Below are positions 8,208-15,925 of a stretch of DNA of 64,000 nt, one piece after another. The stretch is from the NCBI GenBank assembly GCA_963782715.1, contig CAWAKU010000008.1, forward strand, positions 279,526 through 343,525, in the 5' to 3' direction. The stretch comes from an uncultured Chloroflexia bacterium (GTDB lineage: Bacteria; Chloroflexota; Limnocylindria; Limnocylindrales; CSP1-4). Numbering within the stretch: position 1 is the first letter of the stretch; every line of letters starts with the position of its first letter. The position numbers and the translations under genes are program-made. Under the pieces are notes generated by a model. It ran no database searches. It was not told the DNA's origin and worked only from the letters and a program-made list of their open reading frames with translations.

Positions 8208-8764
8208 GCCTTGCCCTCCACGAGCTGGGTCCCAGATTCCTGCCGTGCGACCCCGAACGCTTCACGCAGCTCGTGTCGCGCGCGGTGCAGGCGCGATTTC
8301 GCGGTCCCGAGCGGGACGCCCAGAGCATGCGCCGCCTCGGGCAGCGGCATGTCGAGGTAGTAGAAGAGGACGACGATCGTGCGCAGGTCGGGATCCAACC
8401 CGCGCAGCGCCCGCTCGAGGACGTCGCGATCCGCCGTTCGCGACTGCGCGTCGGGCACGTCCAGGTCATGAATGTCGGAAATCTCGACCTCGATCGGGCG
8501 CGACCGGCGGCGACGCAGCTCGTCATAGCAGGCGTGCACAAGGAGCCGATGGAGCCACGCGTCGAACCGGTCGGGATCGCGGAGGGACCGGAGATCACGC
8601 CAGGCCTTGGCGAACGCCTCTTGGACAGCGTCCTTGGCCTGCTCGGGGTCTCGGAGGATCAGCCTGGCAGCGCCGTCGAGCCGGCCGATCGCGGCGAGCG
8701 CGAGCGCGTCGAAGGCGTCCAGATCGCCTCGACGTGCCCGCTCCACGAGTTCCCGCTGCGCCAC
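8204..8764 (-). CDS. ECF (group IV) sigma-70 family RNA polymerase sigma factor
   Basis: 186 aa with sigma-2 (DAVQEAFAKAWR) and sigma-4 (GTAKSRLHRARHELR) regions. Confidence 0.85.
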   Translation of the reverse strand: MAQRELVERARRGDLDAFDALALAAIGRLDGAARLILRDPEQAKDAVQEAFAKAWRDLRSLRDPDRFDAWLHRLLVHACYDELRRRRSRPIEVEISDIHDLDVPDAQSRTADRDVLERALRGLDPDLRTIVVLFYYLDMPLPEAAHALGVPLGTAKSRLHRARHELREAFGVARQESGTQLVEGKA

Positions 8765-8952
8765 GCTCTACCTCGTCTATCACGCGTCCTCAAGTCGCGC
8801 TTACAAGGTACGGCGGATGGAAGAGGGCATCGGTTCGCGGATGACGGCAACCGTTGTCGGTGACCAGGCTATCCAGCCCGACGACGTCGACGCCGCCACG
8901 TGAGACTTGACAGGCCCCGTGGCTCGCCAACACTCAAAGGTTGGGCAGGAAC

Positions 8953-9028
8953 TGGCGCCCCCGGACGGACTCGAACCCCTGGCAGCAACGCGGCGTCTTG
9001 GACTGGTACCTCGAGGTGGGCTGACGCC
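8953..9028 (-). repeat. pseudo-tRNA / tRNA-Arg 3'-end direct repeat, copy B
   Basis: The first 23 nt match the tRNA-Arg(CCT) 3' end at 13791-13813 exactly (gcgcccccggacggactcgaacc). The remainder is tRNA-length but cannot form an acceptor or T stem. Homologous to copy C. Confidence 0.5.
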
Positions 9029-9050
9029 CTGCCCTGCCCTGCCCTGCTGT
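9028..9050. repeat. pentanucleotide microsatellite (CCCTG)x4
   Basis: gccctgccctgccctgccctgc, immediately after pseudo-tRNA copy B. Confidence 0.5.
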
Positions 9051-9191
9051 GAGGAGACTCGAGCGCGGCGAGTTCAATGCCGACGGAAGCCGTTTCGCTG
9101 ACTCCGCGTTCGACGGTCCCGAGCGGAGTGGACCGTCACCTTCCAACGAGATCACCGATGAGACATCGCACGCGCAGATGTTTCCCTTCGA

Positions 9192-11540
9192 TCAGGGCAA
9201 CGGGAACCCGGCCTCGGCGAGGGCCTGTGGGCTGACCAGCGGAGACTTCTCGCCGAACGTGCGGCGGAGCAGAAAGTACTCGGGCAGCGGACGGTCGTCC
9301 GTGACGAGCGGACCTGAGCCCGCGAACGACGCAACCTGCGCACCCTTCAGCCAGGACAGTCTCGGAATGAGAGCCGCCCAGCCATCCGCGGTCTTCGCAG
9401 GAGAGTCGTACGCCCCGGAGATGTCCTCGAGAATGCCCGGCCGCGCGAGCACCTCGCGCACGCTCCGGTCTTCCAACACCATCGGCTGGTCGGAACCGAG
9501 CAGGAAGAACCCGTAGTTGCCCGGGCTGGCGAGCACCAGAACTTCGGGGAAGACGTCGGAGAAGGTCCGGACGTGCGCCTGAAGCTCATCGATCGTCATG
9601 CCGTACGAGACCCACTGCATCATGATCCCGCCGGGGGTCAGGCGCTCGTGGCCGGCCTGGTAGTACTCGAGCGACGAGATGACTGTGATACCCGACGCCT
9701 CGACCGGCGGCGGCGGGTCGGTCACGATGATGTCGTACTTCTTGTCGGTTAGCTCCATGTGGTTCCGGCCGTCGGCGACGATGACGTGGCCGTTCGGGTT
9801 CGCGCGGATCGCGGCGGCGTCCGGGAAGAAGTAGCCGAACATCGACGGCACCGAGGGCACCAACTCCACCGCATCCGTCGTCAGGCCCGCGATGACGCTC
9901 GAGCGGAAGCCCGAGCCCATCCCGAAACAGACGATCAGTGCGCTTTTCGATTCCGGTCGGGCGATGAGTGGCAGGGTCACCATCAGCCTCGCGTCGACGG
10001 TGAGGGCTGTCATCGATGCACCAGTGACCCACAGCTGCTTGAACCCGTTGACGCTGCCGGCCTGGACGGATGCGATCTCGTCCTCTCGACTCGCGAACAG
10101 CTCCCCATCCCGATTCGCGATGTTCGCAACGCTCGGGTCGACGAGGATCCCGCTGGTCGCCAAGGCCACGACGAGAACCACCGCGGTCACCGCTCCCACG
10201 CCATACGTGGTCACTCGCCCGACGGCAGATCTGATCGGCGCCGCGTATGCGAGGCAGAGACCCAGAGCGATGTTGATGAGGGCGATGACACCGATCGCGT
10301 CGGGCGCTCCGATGGCCGGGATGACGAAGAACGGCACCACGAACGTGCCGACGATGGCGCCGAGTGTGTTCGCGGCAAGCAGCAGGCCGGCGCTCGTCGC
10401 GACCTTGCCGCTGCGGCCCGCCACGAGGGCAGACGAAGCCGGGAAGCTGAGGCCCATCACGATGGTCGCGGGCAGCACGACGAGTAGGGCCTGCGAGAAC
10501 AGGACGCCGATGATGCCGTCGATCCGACCTTGCTGGACGGTGTATTGGAAGGGTTTCGAGAGGACGAAAACGACTCCGGCGAGGGCCAGGACGCCGATCA
10601 CGATGTTGGTCCGTGCCAACAGAGCGACCGGCTGCCGGATCCAGCGCCGGAGCAGGGTGAAGAGCACCGCACCGATCGCGATCCCGGTGAGGAATACCAC
10701 GAGGATCAGCGTGAAGACGTATGCGTAGTTGCCGCTCCCCGACGCGAGGAGCCGCGTCCAGAGGACCTGGTACGCGAGCGAGGTCAGGCCGGAGACGAAC
10801 GCCACGACCAGCGCGATCCGGGGTCGCGGGTCGGTATCTGCGGTCCCATCAGGGACCGTCGACGCCTCGGGGGCGGTGGCCGTCGAGACAGCCTGGGCGA
10901 CTGCATCGGACTCGGACGCTCGACGCCGTCGGTCGAGGACGACCGCGGTCAGGCCCGCGAGGGCAGAGCAGCCCGCGGCAACCACCAATGTCTCCGACAG
11001 GCCGAGGACCTCGATCAGCACCAGGCCGGCCGCCGCCGCGCCGATGATCGCCCCGATCGTGTTCGCGGCGTACAGGCGGCCGAAGGCCGAGCTCAGGTGG
11101 GTCGCGTCCCGGGAGAGATAGCGGGTGAGCGTCGGGAGGGTCGCGCCCATGAGGATCGTCGCCGGTGCGAGCGCCAGGAGCGCGAGCCCGAACCGAACGA
11201 GGCCGAGGACCTGCGGCGACGCCTCGAGAGATGTGAACGCGCCCTGGTAGACCGAACCGATGAGCCGGAACGTCACCGGCGTCAGGAGGACGACGACCAC
11301 GAGGATCGCCTCCAGGACGCCGTACAGCAGCAGCGGTCGCGGGACCCTGTCCGCGAGCCGTCCCCCACCCCACGAGCCGATCGCCATGCCGCCGAAGAAC
11401 CCGGTCAGGATCACCGAGACGGCCTGCGTGGTGTTGCCGAAGACCAGGACGAGTTGCCGCGACCAGACGACCTCGTACATCAGGCCGGCAGCGCCGGAGA
11501 GGATGAAGATGGCCAGGATCGGCCAGCGCCGAGACGTCAC
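9192..11540 (-). CDS. fused MFS-type membrane domain / spermidine synthase (aminopropyltransferase)-like protein
   Basis: About 12 TM helices in the N-terminal 500 aa. The C-terminal domain has PABS-like motifs (VADGRNHMELTDKKYDIIVTDPPPP, GGIMMQWV). The start is uncertain: GTG at 11540 or ATG at 11840. Confidence 0.7.
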   Translation of the reverse strand: MTSRRWPILAIFILSGAAGLMYEVVWSRQLVLVFGNTTQAVSVILTGFFGGMAIGSWGGGRLADRVPRPLLLYGVLEAILVVVVLLTPVTFRLIGSVYQGAFTSLEASPQVLGLVRFGLALLALAPATILMGATLPTLTRYLSRDATHLSSAFGRLYAANTIGAIIGAAAAGLVLIEVLGLSETLVVAAGCSALAGLTAVVLDRRRRASESDAVAQAVSTATAPEASTVPDGTADTDPRPRIALVVAFVSGLTSLAYQVLWTRLLASGSGNYAYVFTLILVVFLTGIAIGAVLFTLLRRWIRQPVALLARTNIVIGVLALAGVVFVLSKPFQYTVQQGRIDGIIGVLFSQALLVVLPATIVMGLSFPASSALVAGRSGKVATSAGLLLAANTLGAIVGTFVVPFFVIPAIGAPDAIGVIALINIALGLCLAYAAPIRSAVGRVTTYGVGAVTAVVLVVALATSGILVDPSVANIANRDGELFASREDEIASVQAGSVNGFKQLWVTGASMTALTVDARLMVTLPLIARPESKSALIVCFGMGSGFRSSVIAGLTTDAVELVPSVPSMFGYFFPDAAAIRANPNGHVIVADGRNHMELTDKKYDIIVTDPPPPVEASGITVISSLEYYQAGHERLTPGGIMMQWVSYGMTIDELQAHVRTFSDVFPEVLVLASPGNYGFFLLGSDQPMVLEDRSVREVLARPGILEDISGAYDSPAKTADGWAALIPRLSWLKGAQVASFAGSGPLVTDDRPLPEYFLLRRTFGEKSPLVSPQALAEAGFPLP

Positions 11541-11890
11541 GGGAGGCGGCCGGTCGAGCGCGATAGCGGCAAGGTCACTGTCCGGCCGAATCCACGACAG
11601 CAGTCTGCTCGATGGCGAGCATGCGCGCACGGCGATGTCAAGGTCACGCTGGCTGGAATCGGCATGTGAAGAAGATCCGCTCCGTGTCGTTCGGACATTG
11701 GTCGGCGTCGCCCCACCTCGCAAGTCCGGTCGGGCTCGGATGCGCCCATCCAGTCTGCGGCGTCGGACTGGTTCGTTCGGTGCGCGGGGCCTCCACGAAC
11801 ACAGGGCGCGAACGAAATCGTCGACGTTACCCCTTGACAAGGTAGCCGCCGGGTCTCAGGCCACACACTCCGACGTTGAACAGGCGCCTC

Positions 11891-11969
11891 CGGACGGACT
11901 CGGGCCCCCAATACCATCGCAGCGTTCTCGCCTGGTATCTCGAAGTCGTCTGAGCGTCCTCCCGCATTC
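11891..11969 (-). repeat. pseudo-tRNA / tRNA-Arg 3'-end direct repeat, copy C
   Basis: aggcgcctccggacggactcgggccc has 3 mismatches to the tRNA 3' end. The following about 50 nt are homologous to copy B (ctggtatctcgaagtcgtctgagcgtcc vs ctggtacctcgaggtgggctgacgcc). Confidence 0.5.
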
Positions 11970-12041
11970 CTGAGCGGACAGCACACGAGCGCCATACGGC
12001 ACTGGACAGGCGGATGCGGGACTCTGAGGCTGCAAGACGAC

Positions 12042-12440
12042 ATGACTCGGTTCACGTTGCGGGCGACGGTGACCACGACAGCACCCAGCGTGGACGCGCT
12101 CGATGCCGTCGAGTCGGCGCTCAGAGCCGCCGCTGCCGGTCCGCGACGTGACGCGACGGTCGTCACAGGGGCGCTCGGGTCGAACCTCAAGGCGCGCCTG
12201 TGGGGATCCAAGCTCGCCAAGTCTGAGTGGCTGCCGGTCACGATCACCGTCGCAGTCCTTGATCGTGGTGAGGACCGGTTGCTCTCCGTCGATGTGTCCG
12301 AGGACTTCGGCTTCGGCACCCTGACCGGCGCCGGGAACGAGTACCGACGCAGGTGCCAGCAGGTGGCTGCCACGATTTCGGACGACCTGGTCCGGCGGCT
12401 TCCTGCTGGCACGGTCACCCCGCCGGTGGAAGTCACCTAG
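12042..12440 (+). CDS. hypothetical protein
   Basis: 132-aa ORF sitting alone between repeat copies C and D. No recognisable motifs; coding status is moderate. Confidence 0.4.
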   Translation: MTRFTLRATVTTTAPSVDALDAVESALRAAAAGPRRDATVVTGALGSNLKARLWGSKLAKSEWLPVTITVAVLDRGEDRLLSVDVSEDFGFGTLTGAGNEYRRRCQQVAATISDDLVRRLPAGTVTPPVEVT

Positions 12441-12571
12441 CAGCGGACGTTCCGACCCGTCCCCGGGTGGGGCCCGACCGAGCCGAAGGCAGTTCCTCGA
12501 CCACACCCAGAGGAACCGCCGGACTGCCTCTCGCGGCCAGGCATCAGGCGCGATGGCAGCCGACAGGGATG

Positions 12572-12598
12572 TGGCGCCCCCGGACGGGCGCGGGGCTC
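12572..12598 (-). repeat. tRNA-Arg 3'-end-like direct repeat, copy D
   Basis: tggcgcccccggacgggcgcggggctc shares the 14-nt core with the tRNA 3' end. Its tail resembles copy A (ggggctc). Confidence 0.45.
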
Positions 12599-12801
12599 TA
12601 ACTGCAACGCTCGCCGGATACACGTGACAGCACCCCGTTGGTCCCGGGGGCGACTGCATGACGGATCACCGGTTTGGGATCGGCGCCGGGGCTGATTCGG
12701 GTTGGCCGCATCTTGGCGCAGCACCCGCTCCAGCTCCTTGGCCGTCATCGCTCGACCGGTCCGCTTCCGTCAACTCCTCCGCGGCGCCGTCTATGGCGCC
12801 C

Positions 12802-13647
12802 CTATTGCACGACGATGTCCTTGATCCCCAGGGTCGCGCCAGGGTCGAAATGCGTGACGTCGAAGACGAGGACGGCCTCCACGCGCTCCGAGCCCGCGTG
12901 CCAGCCGTGTTCGTAGATGTTCCGGATCGGCTTCCCGCCCTCATCGAGTGAGCGGATCTCGAGTCCGACGCCGCCATCGACGATGGAGACGCCCGTCGGC
13001 CAGGACTCGACGAGGGCGAAGTCCGCAGCCGTCAGGATGCCGTTGGGCAGACGCGCCTCGCCCACCGAGATCTCGTAGTGGCCGACGTGATCGATGGGGA
13101 TGTCCAGGCGACTGACGCGGAGCGGCGTCGCGTGCGCGAGCGCGTCGGGGGCGATGGACGGTCGGCCCCCCTGCAATTGGGCCTCGGTGCCGTCGTAATA
13201 CCCACCGTGCATCACCGATGACGCTTCGAGATGCGGATCGTCCGCGCACTGGACGCCGCTGACTCCCGGACAGATCTGGTCCAGCCTGTGGACCGATCCG
13301 TCCCGGAGGGTCACGCTGACGTCCACGGGTGGGCCAATCCCGTAGGCACCGAGCTGCGGGTTGGGCTGCGGTGTGGGCTGCGGGATCACGTCGAGGCTGG
13401 CGATCTGCTCCCGGGTCGTGCCGAGCTGGGCGGCCACCCAGTCCGTCATCGTCTGGCATCGGACGGCGTTGTAGACCTGGCTACACGGGATCCCAGCCGC
13501 CGCAGACGTGGTGGTTGCGGATGACGACGTGCTGGTCTGGGGCGCCGAGGACGCGGTCGGTGCCACCGGGGATCCGAGCGTCCGGCTGCAGCCAACCGCT
13601 AGCACCGCGACCGCCAGAGCCAATGTGAGGATGACAGTGCGTCTCAT
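12802..13647 (-). CDS. hypothetical lipoprotein (Cys-rich, Thr/Ser-rich linker)
   Basis: Start MRRTVILTLALAVAVLAVGCS with lipobox AVGC. Several conserved-looking Cys (IPCSQVYNAVRCQ, ICPGVSGVQC). It lies immediately downstream of tRNA-Arg. Confidence 0.6.
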   Translation of the reverse strand: MRRTVILTLALAVAVLAVGCSRTLGSPVAPTASSAPQTSTSSSATTTSAAAGIPCSQVYNAVRCQTMTDWVAAQLGTTREQIASLDVIPQPTPQPNPQLGAYGIGPPVDVSVTLRDGSVHRLDQICPGVSGVQCADDPHLEASSVMHGGYYDGTEAQLQGGRPSIAPDALAHATPLRVSRLDIPIDHVGHYEISVGEARLPNGILTAADFALVESWPTGVSIVDGGVGLEIRSLDEGGKPIRNIYEHGWHAGSERVEAVLVFDVTHFDPGATLGIKDIVVQ

Positions 13648-13789
13648 GACGCCATGATGGCCGGTCAGCTTTCCTCGCGCCCGAAATGACGGCACGTGTA
13701 GTCGAGCGTCGAGAGACAAGCGCTTCTGGTTACGGGACGGGCAGTGGAGGCGCGACCGATCTTCGCGGACTCCGCAACGGCATTTGCAA

Positions 13790-13866
13790 AGCGCCCCCGG
13801 ACGGACTCGAACCGCCGACGCAGGCCTTAGGACGGCCTCGCTCTGTCCACTGAGCTACGGGGGCGC
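13790..13866 (-). tRNA. tRNA-Arg (anticodon CCT)
   Basis: The reverse complement folds as a cloverleaf: acceptor GCGCCCC/GGGGCGC, anticodon stem AGGCC/GGCCT, loop GTCCTAA (anticodon CCT), T-loop TTCGAGT. CCA is not encoded. Confidence 0.85.
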
Positions 13867-14138
13867 GGACTCCATCGTACCGCGGCGCGATCCGCGACCT
13901 TTCCGTATCGGCATTCCTGCCTTGCGTTCGGCTGGTGGGCGTTCGACGCGATCGAGGGGCCGGAACGTGGATCTCGAGGGGTCCTCGCAGAGTCGTGCGA
14001 GCACGACTGCTCGTCAGGTCGCGCTCGAGCCAGCCTGAGACTTTGACTACCGTCCACGTCACGGACGCAAGGCACGAAACCAGGGCGGAGGGTCACTCAC
14101 CGGCCGTTTCGCGGGCCTCCCCTACAATCCCTCGCGAG

Positions 14139-14417
14139 ATGCACGACGCTCCCCTCCCCGACCTGTTCCTGTACGGCCGCGCGGGCTGCCACCTATGCGA
14201 GGACGCACACGAGGCACTGATCGCGCTATTCGAGGAGCGGGCGCGGTCGGGCCTGCCCAACCCGAACCTCGTCGAGCGTGACATCGAGACTGACCCGGAT
14301 TGGGAGCGGGCGTATTTCCCGTCGATCCCGGTCGTGGTCCTCGGCGACCGACGCCTCGAATTCGCGACGAGCCCGGCAAAGCTCCGTCGGCTCCTCGCCG
14401 ACGTCCTGGACGCCTGA
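14139..14417 (+). CDS. glutaredoxin-like / thioredoxin-fold protein (CxxC)
   Basis: 92 aa with active-site-like YGRAGCHLCEDA. TACAAT sits 10 nt upstream of the ATG, suggesting a possibly leaderless transcript. Confidence 0.65.
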   Translation: MHDAPLPDLFLYGRAGCHLCEDAHEALIALFEERARSGLPNPNLVERDIETDPDWERAYFPSIPVVVLGDRRLEFATSPAKLRRLLADVLDA

Positions 14418-14429
14418 GCCGACCGACCG

Positions 14430-15248
14430 ATGGACGGCACGAACCTCACGATCCTGGTCGCCCTCGCCGCCGGAGTCATCAGCTTCCTCTCGCCGTGCGT
14501 CCTGCCCCTGGTGCCCGCGTACCTTGGGCAGCTGACGGCCATCGCCGTCGCCGGGTCCGCGCCGGGCGCCAAGCCGTCGCGTTGGCTGGCGGTGCGGCAT
14601 GCGCTCGCCTACGTCGCCGGATTCGGGGCCGTGTTCACGGTCCTCGGCATCACTGCCACCTTCGCCGCGGGTCCTCTCGTTGACTACCTGCCGGCACTCC
14701 GAACCATCGGCGGCCTCGTGCTCATCGTCCTGGGGCTCGACCTGGCAGGGCTGCTCCACATCCCGGTCCTCAGCCGCAACTGGCGGCCGCTGGACGCAGG
14801 GGCGGCAAGCTCGCTGGCGACCGCCACCGGGACGACGTCGTTCGGCTCCGGGGCGGCCGCTCCCGGCGTCGGTGACCGGATCGGTGGGCACGTCGTGAGC
14901 TCGCGCGGCGGCTGGTTCGCGTCATTCGGGCTGGGGGCCATCTTCGCCATCGGCTGGAGCCCGTGCATCGGCATCATCCTCGGCGGCATCCTGACGCTTG
15001 CAGCGACGTCCGACACCGTCCTCCAGGGGGCCGTCCTGCTTATTGCCTACACGATCGGTCTGGGCCTCCCGTTCCTGATCCTGGCGGCCATCTTCGACCG
15101 CGCCCCTCGTGTCATGGCGCCGCTGGTCCGTCACGGCAAGACGGTCTCGCTCATCGGTGGCCTGCTGGTCGCGTTCATCGGCGTCGCGATGGTCTTCGAC
15201 TGGCTCGTCCTGCTGCCGCGCTACTTCAACTTCAACACCGCCATCTGA
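14430..15248 (+). CDS. ccdA: cytochrome c-type biogenesis protein CcdA (DsbD-family thiol-disulfide transporter)
   Basis: Multi-TM protein with two conserved Cys in membrane segments (FLSPCVLPLVP and GWSPCIGIILG). Confidence 0.85.
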   Translation: MDGTNLTILVALAAGVISFLSPCVLPLVPAYLGQLTAIAVAGSAPGAKPSRWLAVRHALAYVAGFGAVFTVLGITATFAAGPLVDYLPALRTIGGLVLIVLGLDLAGLLHIPVLSRNWRPLDAGAASSLATATGTTSFGSGAAAPGVGDRIGGHVVSSRGGWFASFGLGAIFAIGWSPCIGIILGGILTLAATSDTVLQGAVLLIAYTIGLGLPFLILAAIFDRAPRVMAPLVRHGKTVSLIGGLLVAFIGVAMVFDWLVLLPRYFNFNTAI

Positions 15249-15922
15249 TGACGGACCGGCCGCAGTTCGAACACAAGCGCGAACGCCACGGGGTCATCGG
15301 TCCGTTCAGCGGACGCCAGCTGGTCTTCGCGTTCGCGATCGTCATCGCTCTCGCGGTCATCCTGGTCGGGGTGACGACCCCGCTCGGCACGACGGCCGAT
15401 GGGCCTGGCGCGGTCGACCCACGAGCGACCGCCTACATCCTGTCGTCACCGCCGCCGGTCGGCCTGAAGGTCGGCGCCAGCGCCCCCGAGTTCAGCGTCG
15501 CGAACGACGACGGCTCGACATACCAGCTGACCGACCTCGACGGCAACCCCATCCGACTCGCGGATCTCAAGGGCAAGGCCGTCTGGGTCAACTTCTGGAC
15601 GACGTGGTGCCCGCCATGCCAGTCCGAGGTGCCGATCCTGCGCGACCTCGCGACTCGCTACAAGGATCGCGGCCTCGAGGTCGTCGCGGTCAGCGTCCAG
15701 GAGACGTCGCCGGCCGACGTCAAGGCGTATGCGACGAAGTACCAGCTGCCGTACACGATCGGTTTCGATGGTTCCGGCAAGATCTTCCACGCCTACAAGG
15801 CCTACGGGCTGCCGACCCAGGTCTTCATCGACCCGAATGGCGTCATCCGTTCGATCGTCGGGGCACCGCTCGACATGGCCGGAGCGACGGCCCAGATCGA
15901 GGCGATCCTTCCCCAGCAGTGA
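15248..15922 (+). CDS. resA: thiol-disulfide oxidoreductase, TlpA/ResA family (membrane-anchored thioredoxin)
   Basis: ATGA overlap with the ccdA stop. N-terminal TM anchor, then WVNFWTTWCPPCQSE thioredoxin motif. Confidence 0.85.
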   Translation: MTDRPQFEHKRERHGVIGPFSGRQLVFAFAIVIALAVILVGVTTPLGTTADGPGAVDPRATAYILSSPPPVGLKVGASAPEFSVANDDGSTYQLTDLDGNPIRLADLKGKAVWVNFWTTWCPPCQSEVPILRDLATRYKDRGLEVVAVSVQETSPADVKAYATKYQLPYTIGFDGSGKIFHAYKAYGLPTQVFIDPNGVIRSIVGAPLDMAGATAQIEAILPQQ

Positions 15923-15925
15923 CCG

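Noticed and set aside
8765-8900. ECF-type autoregulatory promoter (GGAAC-N16-CGTC) upstream of the sigma gene at 8764
   Set aside because: I found GAACC followed 16 nt later by CGCCGT on the correct strand, but it does not match the -10 consensus well enough to call without a motif model.
8953-9028. Possibility that copies B and C are functional tRNA genes
   Set aside because: Neither can form a 7-bp acceptor stem or a paired T-arm. Only the 3' about 23 nt match tRNA-Arg, and no anticodon stem-loop of canonical geometry can be drawn.
9028-9050. CRISPR array
   Set aside because: Only a 5-nt unit repeated 4 times with no spacers. No CRISPR-like repeat-spacer structure occurs anywhere in the window.
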